Assembly: GCF_009914755.1 (NCBI RefSeq)
Contig: NC_060933.1
Strand: one strand, 5' to 3'
DNA: 64,000 nucleotides
Source: the human T2T-CHM13v2.0 reference genome, Homo sapiens
Positions within the stretch are counted from its first letter, which is position 1. Each line of letters begins with the position of its first letter. Shown piece by piece: positions 58,028 to 64,000 of this stretch. The position numbers and the translations under genes were made by a program. The notes under the pieces were generated by a model. The model made no database searches and was not told where the DNA came from. It was given only the letters and a program-made list of their open reading frames with translations.

Positions 58028-58207
58028 GAGAACCACTTTTTTAGGTTATCTACCTAGAAATGGAATTTCTATGTTGTTATGTTATATACCTCTTTGGCAT
58101 CATTACAAGATGCCAACATTTTTTCCAAAGTAGTTTTACCAATTTATAATCTGAAGAGCAGCATAATATTGTTTATATTTGCTTATATTGTTATTTTGTG
58201 TTATTCT

Positions 58208-58640
58208 CTGTTAGTCTGAGTCTTCTCAGAAGCAGATGTCAAGACAAGATTATACACTCAAGATATATTGGGTAACATCTGTGAAACATAATGGAGAAGA
58301 AACAGGAGAAAGCAGGGAGAACTTTTGCACCATGATGCAGGACTGGCACCTCAGAAGGAGAGTGGGAAGGAAAGAGGATTGAGTAGGAAAAGCCTTAAAT
58401 TTCAGCACCATTCTAAGAAAGCTTCAGCAAGACTATTGGGTAATCCTTGAGCCAGTGACCAGTTAAGAGTTCTACACGTCACAGTAATGAACTTGCATTA
58501 GTGCCTCCATGGTGCTTTTAATCATCGGCTGGCTGCCACCTGGGAAACTTGGCCTTTGTGGATCCAGAGGGTCACCAATTGGTATCATGACTCATTTATG
58601 CTCCCCACAGATGAGATCTGACCATTTCATGGCCTCCAAC
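58208..58640 (-). mobile_element. Old ERVL-class LTR (LTR40-like)
   Basis: AGAAGCAGATG.CAAGACA.GATTA...GCAGGGAGA...ATGATGCAGG.CTG.CACC...GGAAGGAA.GAGGATTG.GTAGGAA. Confidence 0.55.
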
Positions 58641-59686
58641 CCTTGGTCAAGTTGAGTATCAGATTATATGATATTGTCTGTTTGCACTTCATATTCTGTA
58701 AATTTTCTATGCATTTTCTTTTCCCAGATTTCTATTAGATTGACTTTTTTCTTTCAAATTCATAAGAGCTTTGTTTGTGTATAAAAACACAAACTCCATA
58801 TTTTGTCATATATACCACAAATATTTTCTCTCAGCTTACCATTTATCTTTAGATTTTGTATGTGTGGTATTTTTTTTGTTTTACAACTTCTTAACATTTT
58901 GAGCTGTTTAAATATGTTTCCCTAACTTTTCCCCCTAAATCATGCATTATACAAAATATTCTCTTAAATTTTCTTCTAATGTCTTACAGTTTTGTTTACA
59001 CTTATATCTGTAATTCATTTAGATTTTTTTTTTTTTTTGGTGTATGTATACCCAATAAAGTAGGAGCTTGAATTTGTTTTCTTCTAGCTGGATAGCCAGC
59101 ATATGAGTATTACTCATTAAAATATCACTCTTTTCCCATGGTATTGGAATGCCATCTTTATTCTGGTTAAGCTGAGATTCCCTAGGAACATGTAATTTTG
59201 ATATCCTTTAGTACAAATATTCATTTCAGTGCCTGGAAGAGAACAAAACATTCAGCTCTTTCTGAGAAAACAAATGATACTAGGTTGATACTTGTGTGAA
59301 GCAAGTGCCAATTCAAGCGTTAGTATAAGATTGCCAGGCTTAATATAGGTACTGTTTCTATTTTTTTTAAAAAGAAAGGAAAAAGAAAGTAAAAGTTCTG
59401 CGTCCAAGTGGTGTCACAATGATGATTTTAATGTTAAATTTGACTATATGGTTTTTTAGAAAAGACGGGAAGAATTGTAGCCAAAATATATGGGATGGTG
59501 TAAGTTCTCGGCTAAAGAAAGTTTTTAACGTGTTTGCTACTTCAAAAATGTAAATATTCTAATAATTAGTTTATGAAAAATTAGATAACTATAGTAATAT
59601 ATAAATTCCCTCCTTACTGAAACAGTGATCTGGTTCTGATCGTGGGTTTATTATTTACTAGTCATATAACTTCATGCAAATGTTAG

Positions 59687-59989
<303 letters not shown>

Positions 59990-62900
59990 AAATTTTAGGT
60001 TTTCTAAAACTCAAATTTGAATAGTCAATTGTGATGAATGGTAACTGTAATGTCATCAATAAAATCTCCCTATGCTAAATCTTTTGATCCTAAGTGCTTA
60101 GATGATATACTTAATCATGCCATTTATAAATTCTTAGACTTCTGAGCCAATGATGAGTTAACTATGCTAACTCCTACATCAATCTGCAGAGGCAAGTAAA
60201 TGCTGACAACACTACCTACCCAATACTAAATTTGGATATTAGTCTCTAAATGTTTTCCCCAAATTTTGGCTATTGCTGGAGAAGCAATTTTCTCACCAGT
60301 GGAATGATCACTCTTGAAAGCAATGCACACTTAATTAACTGAGTATGAAGGAGCAACCTTTTCAAGGAAATCCCTAGGGATGGGTTATTTTCCTAACAAG
60401 TAGAGATCAGGTAATGATGGTTTCTCTACTCACTGGAAGACACTTGGCCAAATGAAAACTTGGAAGTTGTGGTTTGCAAGGGGTGTGTGCAAATCTCAGT
60501 GTAATAGATCCTCATCTGGGTATCTGAACATAGCATGACTACCAGTATAATTGTTTTGTGGGTGAAAATACAAAGATATATATCTTAGCAACAAACAGGA
60601 GCTCGGGGAAAATCAGGCTAAACCCTGAAATGGCACAACCCTGAATGTTGATGTCATTCCTAAAAAGCATTTTAGTATTCTCTTTAAAGCTACACACAAA
60701 TGCTGCCTGAAAGTTTCATGAATGCAACTCTCTCTCATGTGCTCCTGGCCTGTTATTGAACTAATGCCACAGCTTAGGAGCCTAAGTACCTTTGAATGTT
60801 TGAAGAAAATAGGGATTTTCTAGTATTAGAAAGGAGAACTTAGCCCTTTGAAAGTGGTAATGACTATCATTTCAAACTTAATTATTTACATGCTTTATTC
60901 ACTGTTAATTTTCAATCCAAACCATGCCATGGTAAATGGAGAACAAAATTCAAAATCAGACTCTTTTTTTTTTTTTTTTTTAGGGCTATGTGTTTTGGGG
61001 ATCTAACACAAAATGATATTTACATGTTGTATTATGCTGGTGACATACATTGTCTCACAGGGATCATTTTTCCTGGCTATTCTTTTCATTTTTGGTGTTT
61101 CTTACAAAATTTTTCAGGTAAAGATCATTTATGTATGGAAACTTGACTTTGTAGCCGCCTCAATTTTAGGTAGAGTAAATGTATATTTCTGCCAATCAAA
61201 ACATTCTCTTCTCATCACTTAAATACTTTGCAATTTTCTATAAGCAGCTTCATATGTACCCTTACTTTGTGATTTAGCAAAATTTGCACACAGCAATTAG
61301 ACCTGACAGGCCATATTTATATAATAAAGTGTTACTTAGCAGTTACAATAATATCAGAGAGTAGGAGAGAGGAGTGTTAAACCAACCTCTGAAAAATTGG
61401 GGTTGGCAAAATATTTGGAAATTTTATTGTTAATATGTTTGGCTGGTCCAGTATTTGTAATAGAGGTTCCATTTGAGCTCCTATTTTTCCTGCACTTTAA
61501 GGAAAGCACAAAGAACTCCAGGCATTCTCACCTTTGTTGGAATTTTATCGAGAGGACTTCTTGAAGTCAGGAAGGGTCAATGCACCATGTTCTATACCAT
61601 TCAGAGGACTATGCACAGAGGTTAGTCAATATGTTTTCTCCTTTACTCCATATCTGCTTTCAATCACCACCTCTGTTTTTAACATGGAAAATTTTTTGTC
61701 TGGCCTTAGAAAAGAAGACTGGCTCAGGTGTGGACAGTCAGTCTTCCACAGGTTTATTAATCCCAGACAAGAGAGTATTCTGGGCCCTGAGGTTATATGT
61801 TATATGAAGTTATATGCCCATGAGGTTATATGTTGTAACTGACCTAAAGAAGGGCTTTCTATCTCTTGTTCTAAGGCTTTTTTCTCTTAGTAAAGTACCC
61901 CTTCCAAAGGAAATGTAATTCTGAATCCTCTAAAGCCTTGCAAAATAATGTGTTTCTACTAAAGTATTTTTTAAAGATTCTGCAAAGGGACAGAATTACA
62001 TCTCACAGCACTAAGTAAAGTAAAACTTCCTAAAAATTCGTATTATATTGTTGTCTCCTTAAAGGTTCATTGTCTTAGAGGTAGCTTGTTAGCTCTTTTC
62101 CATATCTTTCTGAAAACTCTGGCTAGTACATAGTCTCTGTTGATTCTCTTTGTAGATTTTTCCTTCCTGGGGTGGCTTGATGCCCTTTCCTATGTGCATT
62201 ACTCTGCAAATCTACTCCCTGCTTCTGGTGGCTTCAGTTCTGCAACTCTACCCATTACTACAATTATTAAAACAGAGGCCCCAGCCCTTTAGCATGTCAA
62301 ACAACAAAGAATATTTTCTTCTTGGTAGCAGAAAGGGGGCAAATGATCTATTTTAATAGTTTTGTCCGTGTCATATATGTTGCTGGGTATGTGTGTGTGT
62401 GTATATATATGTGTATATATATATATAATGAAACCTACAGTAGATGCCTTCTGGAAGATGACTTCTTACGTACTCAAGATAGCCCAGCAGATCAGGAATG
62501 AACCAGCACTAGGAAAGTTAATACCTAAAGTTTACCAATCATGATCAGAAGTCATACAGAAGTGTAGCAAATTAACAGAAAACTCTGATATTATCTGGAA
62601 ACACTTAAATCTATACCAGATTTTCAGATGTATAATGAAAGCATTAAAATTTAGGAGAAACCAGAGAAAAATGTACACTTTAGGTAAAAATGAGGCAATA
62701 ATTGGAATTTTGCACTTGGCTTCATTGGCTGCCAGCACTCTGAATGGTGCACAATGAAATCTATAAAATGTGTTGCCAAATCTCTGATCAGTTAAAACTG
62801 CTTCGTTTCATTCTTCTCTGGTACAAATGTCTTAATTTTGGTCATGTGATGTTATTTGTCTCATCTGGTTTCTTGGAGACTGAAGGTCTCTTGTTAACTG

Positions 62901-63175
62901 TAGTAATAATTTCCCCCAGTGTCTTTGCAGCAAAGACACTGGGGGAAATGATCCAGCAACAACACCCACTGAGGTCACCGTGGAGGTGATGACTGGTGAC
63001 TGGAGGCCCCACTAAAGTTTCAAGAATAAGGAATGTGGAGCTCTTTTAAGACTGAAAACTAACTGGCAGACTGGCTGGGAAGGAAGGGTATGTGATGCGG
63101 TAGAGGGTGCTTTGGAATCACACGGGACAGTGTGGCCTTAGGCAAATTTTACTGATCCTCTCTGAGCTAGTTTCT

Positions 63176-63551
<376 letters not shown>

Positions 63552-64000
63552 TGAACTTGCAATTGAACACATTTGATTGCTTCTAAGATGTCCCCACTTT
63601 CCCCCCTCATTTTAACATCTCTGAAATGGAGTGTGTTTTATAGTCAATAGTTGTCTACAATAACTGTTGTTTCAATGCAGTTATCATTGTGTGTGTGTAA
63701 ACATCGAAACTGTAAAATTGCCGAAGGAGGCTTGGAAGAAAATTGCAAGTGTAGAGAACAGTGGAACATTCTTTTAACCTTTAGAAACTAAATGATGATA
63801 GGGAGGGGGTGAAGAGGTAATGAATCAGAAGTATTAGCAGTATCTCCAAAGCTGTAGTCAAAGTCAGCCAACTCTACATAATTGCAAAGCAGACTTAAGA
63901 ATTCAGAACCAGTGGTTTGATTCTTTCATGGGTTCTTTTAAGAAATGCATCACCAACACTGTTGATGTACAGAGGACAGTACTGCATTGAAAAACATGGG

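Overview
Hominid (very probably human) non-coding genomic DNA, inferred from a full-length SVA plus AluJ/S/Y, L1MA/MB/MC/ME, L2, MIR, MaLR/ERVL/ERV1 LTRs and DNA transposon fossils. I see no host protein-coding exon. The ORF track is explained by repeats or chance. Only decayed ERVL gag/pol, Tigger transposase and Charlie1 transposase remnants resemble real proteins. I found no convincing new biological system. The most notable oddities are: a 16-bp target site present three times around an Alu+L1MA2 pair; a retroposed 28S rRNA GTPase-centre fragment; three perfect short palindromes or inverted triplications (22.4, 36.5, 62.9 kb); a deeply nested L1ME/Charlie1 cluster; and two unique, motif-dense candidate regulatory elements (7.7-7.9 kb and 29.7-30.4 kb). 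Repeat subfamily calls are from memory of consensus sequences, and boundaries without a TSD are approximate.
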